Numbered from the stretch's first letter, positions 1-7,990 are shown. The stretch: 24,257 nucleotides of DNA from a virus (IMGVR_UViG_3300017727_003288:1-24257); one strand, 5' to 3'. Numbers and translations: made by a program. Notes: generated by a model not told the origin, from the sequence alone.

Positions 1-1204
1 CTAGTGCCCAAATCAATCTGCCCAAGTTGACCGCATGGGCTCTACATAAACCAAATCCAGACAGTGTCATTAGTGTGTTAATTGCTTCTTGTTTGCGTGG
101 ATGTTTGCCCAATCTATTTACGAACTCTATAATTTTTTCATCGTTCTTTTTAGCAAATGCTCTGCGGTACATATCTGCTTCATACATATCGATACCAATA
201 ATATTTGAAATAATTTCAATAGCATCGTCTTCGAACACAATAGAATCTTGTACGCCTTCTTTAGTCCAGTCATTAAACATAGATGCTTTTTGTCTGCCAG
301 TCATCGCCACAGGTCTTATCATAGCAGTAGCAAACACACAGTCGTAAACACTTTTAGGTTGTATTGCTCTAAACAATCTACGCATGGCTGGTGACTCACC
401 TTGTGTTACTCCTAACACATCTCCCCTACTCAATAACTTTGATGTTGCTTCGTCTTCAATAGGATAATCTGTTAAGTTCATACTAGAATCTATTTCTAAT
501 AACTGACTTAATCCTCTGTTAGAAAGTATGTCAACTTTTAGATGTTCTAAATCTTCTACTTCATATTTGTCTAGCAGTATTTGATTGTCAGCAGAAATTA
601 AACTTTTAGGTAACTGTCTATCGAACATTATGATTCCGCCACAATGTTTAGATATACATCTTTTTTTACCTAACAGTTTTTGTTCTATGCGTTTTGCTTC
701 AATAGGATCGATATCGTAATCTTCATACTTAAATTTGCGTGGCAGTTTGCCTTTTGCACCCAATCGCTTTGCCGCTTCGCGTTTTGCTGACTTGGGTTGA
801 TACTTGACATAGTTAGATATCCTTGCTGTCTTGCCCGGCCATTTTTTAAAAATACGTTGCATCACTTCTGCTTGTTTGTGATGTTCGAAGTCTATGTCCA
901 CATCAGGTAAATCATCTCGTAGTGGATTCATAAAACGTGCAACCGGTATGTTCCACTGTACTGGGTCAACATCTGTTATACCCAGCAGATAACACACAAG
1001 ACTAGATCCTGCTGAACCTCTTGTCATGTGTTTTAAATCTGATGTGATGTCTATGATGTCACAAATTTTTAAAAAGTATTCTGTGAATCTTTGTTTAAGA
1101 ATTAATTCAAATTCTTCTGCTAGTCTTTTTTGGTACACTTCACTGTTGGGCATCTGCCTTTTAAAACGTTCCGTGAGCCTTTGTATATTTTCTAAATCAT
1201 TCAT
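1..1204 (-). CDS. dnaE: Compact DNA polymerase III alpha-like (C-family) protein without an N-terminal PHP domain; 3' end lies outside the window (>=401 aa)
   Basis: Not in the ORF track. My translation from ATG 1204 (GAGAGG RBS at 1211-1216) is open to the window edge: MNDLENIQRL...YQKRLAEEFELI...TRGSAGSSLVCYLLGITDVDP...LPDVDIDF...SKHCGG...LKVDILSNRGL...AMIRP...GFGLCRAHAV. These match the DnaE RGS, PDxDxD, HxGG, KxD, RP and GFNKSHA motifs in order. Confidence 0.9.
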   Translation of the reverse strand, partial: MNDLENIQRLTERFKRQMPNSEVYQKRLAEEFELILKQRFTEYFLKICDIIDITSDLKHMTRGSAGSSLVCYLLGITDVDPVQWNIPVARFMNPLRDDLPDVDIDFEHHKQAEVMQRIFKKWPGKTARISNYVKYQPKSAKREAAKRLGAKGKLPRKFKYEDYDIDPIEAKRIEQKLLGKKRCISKHCGGIIMFDRQLPKSLISADNQILLDKYEVEDLEHLKVDILSNRGLSQLLEIDSSMNLTDYPIEDEATSKLLSRGDVLGVTQGESPAMRRLFRAIQPKSVYDCVFATAMIRPVAMTGRQKASMFNDWTKEGVQDSIVFEDDAIEIISNIIGIDMYEADMYRRAFAKKNDEKIIEFVNRLGKHPRKQEAINTLMTLSGFGLCRAHAVNLGRLIWAL

Positions 1205-1228
1205 TATTCGCCTCTCTGCCTAAAATAA

Positions 1229-1235
1229 TATTTAT
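1229..1235 (-). promoter_or_regulatory. Putative T4-like late promoter element (ATAAATA) upstream of the compact dnaE
   Basis: Minus strand reads CATAAATATTATTTTAGGCAGAGAGGCGAATAATG in the tRNA-dnaE gap, resembling the T4 late consensus TATAAATA. Short AT-rich motif, so a chance match is possible. Confidence 0.45.
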
Positions 1236-1250
1236 GATTTGTGTACGGAT

Positions 1251-1326
1251 TGGTGGGTAGTAAAGGACTCGAACCTTTGACCCCCTCGGTGTAAACGAGA
1301 TGCTCTACCAACTGAGCTAACCACCC
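1251..1326 (-). tRNA. trnV: tRNA-Val (anticodon TAC), 76 nt, CCA encoded
   Basis: Reverse complement GGGTGGTTAGCTCAGTTGGTAGAGCATCTCGTTTACACCGAGGGGGTCAAAGGTTCGAGTCCTTTACTACCCACCA folds as a cloverleaf: 7-bp acceptor stem, D arm GCTC/GAGC, anticodon loop TTTACAC, T loop TTCGAGT, 3' CCA. Confidence 0.97.
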
Positions 1327-1333
1327 TAATAGT

Positions 1334-2791
1334 TTAAGATTCGTCGTCTAAATTAGTTAAGAATTCTCTTAATTTTGTTGAATCTGTTTTAGGTTCAATT
1401 CTTCCTATGCTATCACCTTTTGTTGGGTCTGGTGGAGTAATAGGTTTGCCTGCTTCTACACTGTTGTCTGTGAGATCAGGAGTTACAGTTGTGCCCTGTT
1501 TAATTGAATTGTATATTGTACTTTTACGCTTGTCAAATTCTTGATACTCTGAATCATCTGCAAGATCTCTGATACGCAAACTGTCCATATCAAATTCTAA
1601 ATCAATTTTCATTCCAACACCACTTGATGATCTTGTTTTCATCAATTGTATTTGATATCTTCCACGTTCTCTCATTGCTCTACTTGTAAAAATACCAAAC
1701 ACGTTGTCAGCAGTTTGTATTTTACTTAATCCACCACTGATGTGCGAATGATCAAATTCTATTTCTTCTACAGCACCTCTGTTCAACTGTGCCGCTGTTA
1801 CAAACACTGTGTTCAATTCAATTGACAAGTTACGTAGTTCTTCAGAAACAAATTTGTCTTTGATAAACAAATCGCTCGGAGAAACCTTTCTACTGTTTGG
1901 CATCATCAAATCTAGATAGTCTACAAGCAATACATCAACTTTACTGTTTGTTTTAATTTCATATTCTTTGATGTAAGACCTTACATCATTTGCATTTTTA
2001 CCACTAGGCATATATTTGATTTGGAATTTTCCTGCTTTTTTTCCAATCATTTTTACTTTCATTTCTACACCATCTAAGTCTTTAAATATTTCTTTTGTAG
2101 GAATATCTGTAAGCATAGAATCTAATCTCATAGCAACCAACGATTCACTCAATTCAAATGTTAGATACACAACATTCATTCCTTCTAGTGCAAAGTTACA
2201 ACCTAAGTTTGCAAGGAATAAAGACTTACCTGCACCAGAACCACCTGCAAATATATTCAACTCACCTTTGTTGAATCCACCAAATAGTCTTCTGTCTAAA
2301 GATTCCCAACCTGTTTTGACCTGACCATTCTGATCTTTCAATCCTAACAGTCTTGATTTCGGATCTTCAAAGTAATCTGTTCCTATGTCCTTGTGCAGTC
2401 CTATTTGTACTGCGTCTTTGACCAACACTTCAACAGGACCATATTCACCTTTTTCAAGCATATCTGCACTTTTTAAGATTGCTCTTTCTAAACTTTTGTG
2501 TCTAGTAAACGTCTCAAAATCTTCTAGTAACCAATCATAGTGCGATTCATTGAGTCCTGTAGGAACTTTTAAATTAGATTTGCAACTGGAGTTTACAATT
2601 TCTTCTGTGGGCAATGCATTATGTTTACCAACATATTCATCTACGAACTGTGCCGCATCTTGCAATTTTCTATCAAACAGTGTGTGATCAAATATAGACT
2701 GACAACGTACAAATGTTTCTGCGTCAGCCAACATCATTTCTAGATATACTTTTTGTATATCATAGCCGTATTCTTTATTTTGCTTTACCAT
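1334..2791 (-). CDS. dnaB: Replicative DNA helicase, DnaB/T4 gp41-like (485 aa; start revised from 2815 to 2791)
   Basis: Walker A AGGSGAGKS, catalytic Glu TFELS, Walker B VDYLDL, AAQLNR and KTR arginine finger. Start moved because a consensus promoter covers 2799-2827. Confidence 0.93.
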   Translation of the reverse strand: MVKQNKEYGYDIQKVYLEMMLADAETFVRCQSIFDHTLFDRKLQDAAQFVDEYVGKHNALPTEEIVNSSCKSNLKVPTGLNESHYDWLLEDFETFTRHKSLERAILKSADMLEKGEYGPVEVLVKDAVQIGLHKDIGTDYFEDPKSRLLGLKDQNGQVKTGWESLDRRLFGGFNKGELNIFAGGSGAGKSLFLANLGCNFALEGMNVVYLTFELSESLVAMRLDSMLTDIPTKEIFKDLDGVEMKVKMIGKKAGKFQIKYMPSGKNANDVRSYIKEYEIKTNSKVDVLLVDYLDLMMPNSRKVSPSDLFIKDKFVSEELRNLSIELNTVFVTAAQLNRGAVEEIEFDHSHISGGLSKIQTADNVFGIFTSRAMRERGRYQIQLMKTRSSSGVGMKIDLEFDMDSLRIRDLADDSEYQEFDKRKSTIYNSIKQGTTVTPDLTDNSVEAGKPITPPDPTKGDSIGRIEPKTDSTKLREFLTNLDDES

Positions 2792-3785
2792 GTTCCTTAT
2801 TATACCACATTTCATTTACGTTGTCAATGTGATTGTTGTATTTGGCGGCAACTGCTCCTATACAACTACCTGGGTCTCCAGGATTTTTTGGCACCCATAT
2901 ATCGTCCCAAACGTTTTCCAATTTGTGTCTAGCAGTTTGGTTTAATGCACATCCTCCTACCAAAACAATGTTTGATGTTTTGATGTTCATCTGTATCCAT
3001 GAACTTGCACACATTAATACTTGTTCAAAAATGTGTTGAGTGGTTGCGGCGATGTCAGCCATGTCTTCTTCTGTTTTTAATTCTGGTCTCCACCAATTAC
3101 AACCTCTGTGTAGATTTACTCTTGTTTTAAAAGGCATTCTAGATTCAATTATTTCTTCCATAAAAAATCTATAATTTTTTCTCCAATTACCTTTTTTGGC
3201 AAGTTGTTCTAATTTGTGTTCTTCTGCGTTTGCTTTGAATCCACATCTTTGTGTCATCGCTGAATAAAACAAACCAATACTGTGAGGATATTTTTGTGTG
3301 TATTTTTTTTCAAGTTTATTGCCATGCCCATGCCATATAGTAAATGTTTCAAACTCTCCTATTGAGTCAAGCACCACAACTGCCGCATCTTTAAACGGCG
3401 ATGAATAATATCCATATGCCGCATGACTGTGATGATGATCTATATACTCAATCGGTACATGGTGAATACCTGATTTACTTAAAAATTTCTTAATGTTGTT
3501 TTCTTTATAGTTCCAACCTTGACCTGCTATAAATTGTCTTACAGTTTTCTTTAAAGGTTTTTCATAAAAATATATTTTTGCAGGGTAGGCCCATTTAGGA
3601 TTTGACCTTACCTCAGCCATTAATTTAGGACACAGTGTGGGATCTCCTGGAATACCACTAAAGTCTTTTGACATCCCTGCCCATTTTAATTTTAATTTAT
3701 AGTGATCAGTTAGTCCTGCTACCTTCCACTCCATCACTGCCAAACTGGCATCATGATTATTTCCTGTGATTCCCCAAACTATCAT
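2775..3785 (-). CDS. NodU/CmcH-family carbamoyltransferase, N-terminal Kae1-like domain only
   Basis: Motifs HDASLAV, HHHSHAA..YYSSPF, VLDSIGE, PHSIGLFYS, GGCALN and PGDPGSCIGA. The protein ends about 25 aa later with no C-terminal YrdC-like domain. Confidence 0.85.
   Translation of the reverse strand: MIVWGITGNNHDASLAVMEWKVAGLTDHYKLKLKWAGMSKDFSGIPGDPTLCPKLMAEVRSNPKWAYPAKIYFYEKPLKKTVRQFIAGQGWNYKENNIKKFLSKSGIHHVPIEYIDHHHSHAAYGYYSSPFKDAAVVVLDSIGEFETFTIWHGHGNKLEKKYTQKYPHSIGLFYSAMTQRCGFKANAEEHKLEQLAKKGNWRKNYRFFMEEIIESRMPFKTRVNLHRGCNWWRPELKTEEDMADIAATTQHIFEQVLMCASSWIQMNIKTSNIVLVGGCALNQTARHKLENVWDDIWVPKNPGDPGSCIGAVAAKYNNHIDNVNEMWYNKEHGKAK
2799..2827 (-). promoter_or_regulatory. Sigma70-type promoter TTGACA-N17-TATAAT with extended -10 (TGG), 7 nt from the helicase ATG
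   Basis: Minus strand TTGACAACGTAAATGAAATGTGGTATAATAAGGAACATG, embedded in the 3' end of the carbamoyltransferase gene. Confidence 0.88.
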
Positions 3786-3958
3786 TTTTTAATTACCCAT
3801 GCTCGATGATAATAATCATCAATATTTTTTTGTATAAGTGCTACGGCTAAATCTTCTGCTGTTATTTTTGCCATTGGCCCATATTCTTTTTTTGTTTTCA
3901 GGTCCAAAGTTTCTTTGTTGTTTGGATCTGTGTGAGTCCCTTCTACTACGTAATACAT
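3782..3958 (-). CDS. Small protein (58 aa), possibly DUF4170-like
   Basis: Not in the track. MYYVVEGTHTDPNNKETLDLKTKKEYGPMAKITAEDLAVALIQKNIDDYYHRAWVIKK starts 1 nt after the upstream stop and overlaps the next start (ATGA), filling the gap exactly. Family resemblance is from memory. Confidence 0.75.
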   Translation of the reverse strand: MYYVVEGTHTDPNNKETLDLKTKKEYGPMAKITAEDLAVALIQKNIDDYYHRAWVIKK

Positions 3959-3959
3959 C

Positions 3960-4082
3960 CTATTTGTATATAAAGGGATCTCTTTTTTGTAACTCTTTAA
4001 TTCTCTTTTTGTATTTGTATTTTTGAACTATTGTTCTAAATGGCGATAGCAAAATTTGAATCACTCGTTTTATGAAAACCAT
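3960..4082 (-). CDS. Small basic protein (40 aa)
   Basis: Not in the track. MVFIKRVIQILLSPFRTIVQKYKYKKRIKELQKRDPFIYK overlaps the primase stop and abuts the next ORF. Confidence 0.65.
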   Translation of the reverse strand: MVFIKRVIQILLSPFRTIVQKYKYKKRIKELQKRDPFIYK

Positions 4083-5074
4083 TTTTTCATCCTCAGTTTT
4101 ATTTTTAGTTGTGACTGTTCTGCAAACTTGACTATTGAGTACAAAGTATGCAGTCTGCCGTATTTAATTATCGCATCATTGACATCTTTGACATCTGAAT
4201 GCCAGTTGGGCATACTCACACTCCACCCGCTTTCCATGGCTTGTTCAACAAGTTTTACTCCTGCTTCATCTCTGTCAGGCATCACAATGACGTGTTTGCC
4301 TAGACTGTTCAATAGTATTTCTTGTTGCTGTTTAACTTCACTGCCCAGTAGTGCTACACCATCAATACTTAAAGCATCAATGGGGCCTTCTACTGCGATA
4401 ATAAATTCTCTGTCATCATTCTGATTGTCGATGTTGAACACATATCCAGGTTGTTGTTCAGATATGTATTTTACTTTTCCATCTGTTACTTTTCTTGCTG
4501 TATAACCTACGATATCTGATCTGTAATAGAACGGAATTATAAGCCTATCTCTGTATGCTGAATTCGGAGTCCAATAAAAATTGTAATCTACTTTTGCTAG
4601 TTTTCTTTTTTCTAAATATTCTAACACCTTGACATAGTTTTCATCTAGCCCTGTTGGCTCTAGTGCTTTGTAGTCTGTCCAATCTTGTAGCAGTTTTGCA
4701 CCTTCAGGAAGTGCTTTTGATTCGAATTTTGGTAATTGAATTATTGGAGTTTGCCCTGTTGTTTCTTCTTTTAATTTTAAAACGTGCAATGCTAATTTAG
4801 TAATAATATCATCAGGAGTATTCATCCATCTCATTAATTTACGTAATCTGTAAGATAAATTTCTGCCAGGTTGCCAACTTGCTGTGTAACCACAGTTGAA
4901 ACAGTGATAACTAATTCCTCCATCACCATTTGCAATTAACCCACCCCGTTGTCTGGAGTCTGCTGTTGTGCCTTGATGTGAACAACACGGAGCATTGAAA
5001 GACATCCATCCACTAGGAGTTTTCTTTCTTTTAAAAGGCAAGTGTTGCAATAATGTGTCGTAAACAGAATTCAT
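4070..5074 (-). CDS. dnaG: DNA primase, DnaG/T4 gp61-like
   Basis: N-terminal Zn-binding NAPCC...YHCFNC; TOPRIM motifs VEGPIDA, PDRDEAG and KDVNDA; lies upstream of the helicase. Confidence 0.92.
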   Translation of the reverse strand: MNSVYDTLLQHLPFKRKKTPSGWMSFNAPCCSHQGTTADSRQRGGLIANGDGGISYHCFNCGYTASWQPGRNLSYRLRKLMRWMNTPDDIITKLALHVLKLKEETTGQTPIIQLPKFESKALPEGAKLLQDWTDYKALEPTGLDENYVKVLEYLEKRKLAKVDYNFYWTPNSAYRDRLIIPFYYRSDIVGYTARKVTDGKVKYISEQQPGYVFNIDNQNDDREFIIAVEGPIDALSIDGVALLGSEVKQQQEILLNSLGKHVIVMPDRDEAGVKLVEQAMESGWSVSMPNWHSDVKDVNDAIIKYGRLHTLYSIVKFAEQSQLKIKLRMKKWFS

Positions 5075-5081
5075 TTACGTT

Positions 5082-5110
5082 ATTATATTTTATATTTTGG
5101 TAAAAGTCAA
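5082..5110 (-). promoter_or_regulatory. Sigma70-type promoter TTGACT-N17-TATAAT, 7 nt from the primase ATG
   Basis: Minus strand TTGACTTTTACCAAAATATAAAATATAATAACGTAAATG fills the whole intergenic gap; no Shine-Dalgarno sequence. Confidence 0.85.
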
Positions 5111-5920
5111 TTAATTTCGAATTAAAATTTTGGTGATGTCGTCTGTGTAATTCGCAGTTGGGTCTGCTTTATCTGTGGTGTGTTTTATTCTTAAGTAACT
5201 AAAAACTCCATTGAAGTTGACATATTTTAATGTGTCTACTGAATCAACAGATACTGTTGCTACATCTGACCAATTAGTTGAACTGCTGACTTGTGAATCT
5301 AAAGTTGCTTGAATTGTAATATCACCATCTGCGTCATCAAGATAAAATGCCGCTGTGTGCAATGCTTCATTGCCGTTTATTGCCGGCTCGGCAGTGATTG
5401 CCTCAGACAAAAATACAGCACTGTCTGTGTCTTCTTGGCTCAATGATGTAACACTGTAACTTTTTAATGGCCCAGGTATTTCGCTGGCATCCAAGTAAAC
5501 CGAACCTTTGCTTTCAAAGTGAGAATTGCTGTATGTCAATGTTCTTTCATTGCTTGAGTTGTTTACAAGTTCTATTGTGTAATTTAAAAACTGTGATTGT
5601 AGGTTAAGCAGTTCATTTTCTGTCAAAGTCACTGTGAACATTCCAACGTTGCTTGGAGTTGTAGTTTCAATAATTGTAGCGTCTTTTTCTACTACTAAAC
5701 GTGTTTTTTCGTCAAACATTTTAAATGCAGGTGTGTATGTGTTTAATATAGACACGGGTTTCTGATCTGCATTGATCACTTGAAAAGATATTTTATTATC
5801 TATTCCTCTGTAAATGTTTAGTCGTCTTGAATACAAGGCTCTATACTCCGTTACGTTTCCTGCCACATCTGCGGTAAGCAGTACACTACTATTTAATAAA
5901 TATCTCTGAACTAATTGCAT
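5111..5920 (-). CDS. Hypothetical protein, probably a virion structural protein (beta-rich, two-domain)
   Basis: 269-aa T/S/N/D-rich ORF. IYRGIDNKISFQVINADQKPVSI resembles baseplate/Ig-like N-terminal domains, and an ATAAATA late-type element precedes it. Confidence 0.55.
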   Translation of the reverse strand: MQLVQRYLLNSSVLLTADVAGNVTEYRALYSRRLNIYRGIDNKISFQVINADQKPVSILNTYTPAFKMFDEKTRLVVEKDATIIETTTPSNVGMFTVTLTENELLNLQSQFLNYTIELVNNSSNERTLTYSNSHFESKGSVYLDASEIPGPLKSYSVTSLSQEDTDSAVFLSEAITAEPAINGNEALHTAAFYLDDADGDITIQATLDSQVSSSTNWSDVATVSVDSVDTLKYVNFNGVFSYLRIKHTTDKADPTANYTDDITKILIRN

Positions 5921-5932
5921 AACTTTTTAGAA

Positions 5933-5939
5933 TATTTAT
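5933..5939 (-). promoter_or_regulatory. Putative late promoter element ATAAATA, 12 nt upstream of ATG 5920
   Basis: Minus strand GATAAATATTCTAAAAAGTTATG lies in a 22-nt divergent intergenic gap. Confidence 0.55.
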
Positions 5940-5942
5940 CAT

Positions 5943-6311
5943 ATGTTAAGAGACGAAATAGAATCTAAATTTCCCTACATTTCTGTCGTAGAATACGGTG
6001 GCAAGGAGTATGTTGGTGTCATAAACAACCAAGATCACTCGGTTACAAGTGTCTATGTATACACAGATTTACACACGGAAGAACAAAAAAAATACTTTAT
6101 TGAGACTTGCGAAACGTGGTGGTGGGAGTCAAACAGGATGATTCCTATCAGTATTTTTATGCGTGAGGAGATGGAAAAATTTAAAAGCATTATCATGATA
6201 ATGGCAACAAAAGATGTACGTGTTGTGATTGGACCATGCACTAATCTTAATACACTTGCTATGAAACGCACTAAAAGAAAATCAGTCCAGTTAGTTAGAA
6301 AACCAAAATAA
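5943..6311 (+). CDS. Hypothetical protein (122 aa)
   Basis: ATG start, protein-like sequence (WWWESNRMIPI), fills the gap exactly; its stop abuts the convergent stop at 6312. Confidence 0.8.
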   Translation: MLRDEIESKFPYISVVEYGGKEYVGVINNQDHSVTSVYVYTDLHTEEQKKYFIETCETWWWESNRMIPISIFMREEMEKFKSIIMIMATKDVRVVIGPCTNLNTLAMKRTKRKSVQLVRKPK

Positions 6312-6872
6312 TTATTGATTATTGAGTTGTTCGCAAATTAAGTTCATATGAACTACTACTGCAACTGCATATGATGTTGCATGACTTTTTTTAAAGAAAT
6401 ATCCTTCAGTTGGCTTTATCCAGACTTCTTTCATTATCTCTTCCCAGGATTTATTCACTAGATATCTTTTGCTTGGTCGTATAATTGCTAATACAGCCGC
6501 AAGTTGTTCTATATTTTGAGGTTTCAGTTTTTTTAATATTTCACTGTGACCATTTAAATGAAATACCTGATCACTAAAATCTTTTGCTTCTAATAGTTCC
6601 CACATCGGAGTTTTTGTCATCAGTTCCACTAGATGTTTTTCATTTTTTACTTTTTCATAGATGCTTACATTTAACAAGTCTATTTTAAAGTAGCCTCGAT
6701 CTTCTGCTAGTTTGTAATCAATTGTGCTGATATTGTCTAATGGATTGTGAGGTACTTCAGTAAAGTAAACACCTGTGTTGTGTTTTTTACCTGTATCTAA
6801 TTTTGCAACTCTGTGTTTTAATTTGTTTAATATGTTATTTCTATCTGCAAAGTCTATATCTATATCAGGCAT
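6312..6872 (-). CDS. Ultra-compact DnaE-like (C-family polymerase palm/fingers) protein, 186 aa
   Basis: Begins at MPDIDIDF and contains KHNTGVY, GYFKIDLLN, AIIRP and YFFKKSHATSYA, the ordered DnaE motifs. GAGG RBS at 6879-6882 supports the start. Confidence 0.85.
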   Translation of the reverse strand: MPDIDIDFADRNNILNKLKHRVAKLDTGKKHNTGVYFTEVPHNPLDNISTIDYKLAEDRGYFKIDLLNVSIYEKVKNEKHLVELMTKTPMWELLEAKDFSDQVFHLNGHSEILKKLKPQNIEQLAAVLAIIRPSKRYLVNKSWEEIMKEVWIKPTEGYFFKKSHATSYAVAVVVHMNLICEQLNNQ

Positions 6873-7545
6873 TTACAACCTCTCTTAATTTGGATTTAGG
6901 AATGTTTATGTGTCTTTTATCACACACTTCATCTATAACACAAACATAACATTTTGGTTTTTTACTTGTACACACTCTTTTTGCATGAGTAATTAATTGC
7001 ATATGTGCGGCATATTTGTATTTGTCAGGAGTTGTATCATTGACTATGATTGAACTTTTACTTTCATCTAGCGTGTTTGTCCAACCCAATCTCCATAGCA
7101 GTCTAAACACATGAGTATCAACTGCTATGTTTGGAGCCCCCCAAACAAATCTCATCATGATGTCTGAACTTTTTCTGCCAATGCCTGGCAAGTTCATAAG
7201 TTCTTTTTGTGTTTGCGGAACTTTGCCATTGTATTCCATCAATAGTTTAGAACTTGTTGCAAGTATGTTTTTTGATTTTGCATTGTGTAATCCTGCAGGA
7301 CGTATTGCTTCTATAATTTCTTCCCTTGACAGTTTGATCATTTTTTCAGGAGTATCTGCTAATGCAAATAATTGTTTACAAGCAATCGCTGTTCTTTTGT
7401 CTTGGCTTTGTGCTGAAAGCATCACTCCTATTAAACTAGTAAATGCTTCTTTGTGTATTTTTGCCGCTGGCTTTCTGTTAGAATATTTGGGCCAGTAATC
7501 GCCTAATTTTTTGTAGATATATTCAATTTGTTGCTTTGTTTTCAT
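6865..7545 (-). CDS. nth: Endonuclease III (HhH-GPD DNA glycosylase/AP lyase with 4Fe-4S cluster)
   Basis: LSAQSQD, HhH LPGIGRKSSD (catalytic Lys), AVDTHVFR (catalytic Asp), and C-x6-C-x2-C-x5-C cluster. Confidence 0.95.
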   Translation of the reverse strand: MKTKQQIEYIYKKLGDYWPKYSNRKPAAKIHKEAFTSLIGVMLSAQSQDKRTAIACKQLFALADTPEKMIKLSREEIIEAIRPAGLHNAKSKNILATSSKLLMEYNGKVPQTQKELMNLPGIGRKSSDIMMRFVWGAPNIAVDTHVFRLLWRLGWTNTLDESKSSIIVNDTTPDKYKYAAHMQLITHAKRVCTSKKPKCYVCVIDEVCDKRHINIPKSKLREVVNA

Positions 7546-7990
7546 ATAATTTTTTTACTCGCCTTGTGTGCCTTCCTTTTAAAAATTTTGTTGTAAAGAA
7601 TGCTTTACACATTGCCTTTGCAGTATTAAAATTTGTAACATCTGCTCCTATACATAATACATTCATATCGTTGTGTTGTCTAGCCTGTTTTACATCAGAA
7701 ACACTTTTACATACAACTGCTCTGACTTTTTGAAATCTATTTGCCTGAATAGCCATACCAAAACCACTTCCACATATCAATATGCCTCTATCACAAATAA
7801 TCATATTATCTGCAACTTTCATTGCAATATCATTATAATCTGTTCTCTTTGGTTTGTGTACTCCTGCATCTTGAAACACTGCTATTTCAAATTTACTTTC
7901 GCCTTCTATATCATCTGGGCAAAGCCATGCTGAAAGTTTTTCTTTCAATTCGTAACCTCGATGATCTGCACCTATAATTAAATCTGTCAT
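7523..7990 (-). CDS. rpiB: Ribose-5-phosphate isomerase B (RpiB/LacAB family)
   Basis: IGADHRG, GILICGSGFGMAIQANR, ARQHNDMNVLCIG and GRHTRRV motifs. Confidence 0.93.
   Translation of the reverse strand: MTDLIIGADHRGYELKEKLSAWLCPDDIEGESKFEIAVFQDAGVHKPKRTDYNDIAMKVADNMIICDRGILICGSGFGMAIQANRFQKVRAVVCKSVSDVKQARQHNDMNVLCIGADVTNFNTAKAMCKAFFTTKFLKGRHTRRVKKLYENKATN

Noticed and set aside
1251-1326. tRNA as a prophage attachment site
   Set aside because: No integrase, no duplicated tRNA 3' end seen, and phage-type genes on both sides.
1-6872. The two dnaE-like ORFs as halves of a trans-spliced split-intein DnaE
   Set aside because: Both contain the same PDxDxD and KxD motifs, so they are redundant rather than complementary, and neither shows intein ends within the window.
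6312-7545. Mini dnaE as the frameshifted tail of a longer polymerase gene
   Set aside because: The upstream sequence is a complete, intact nth gene, and the mini gene has its own GAGG RBS and ATG.
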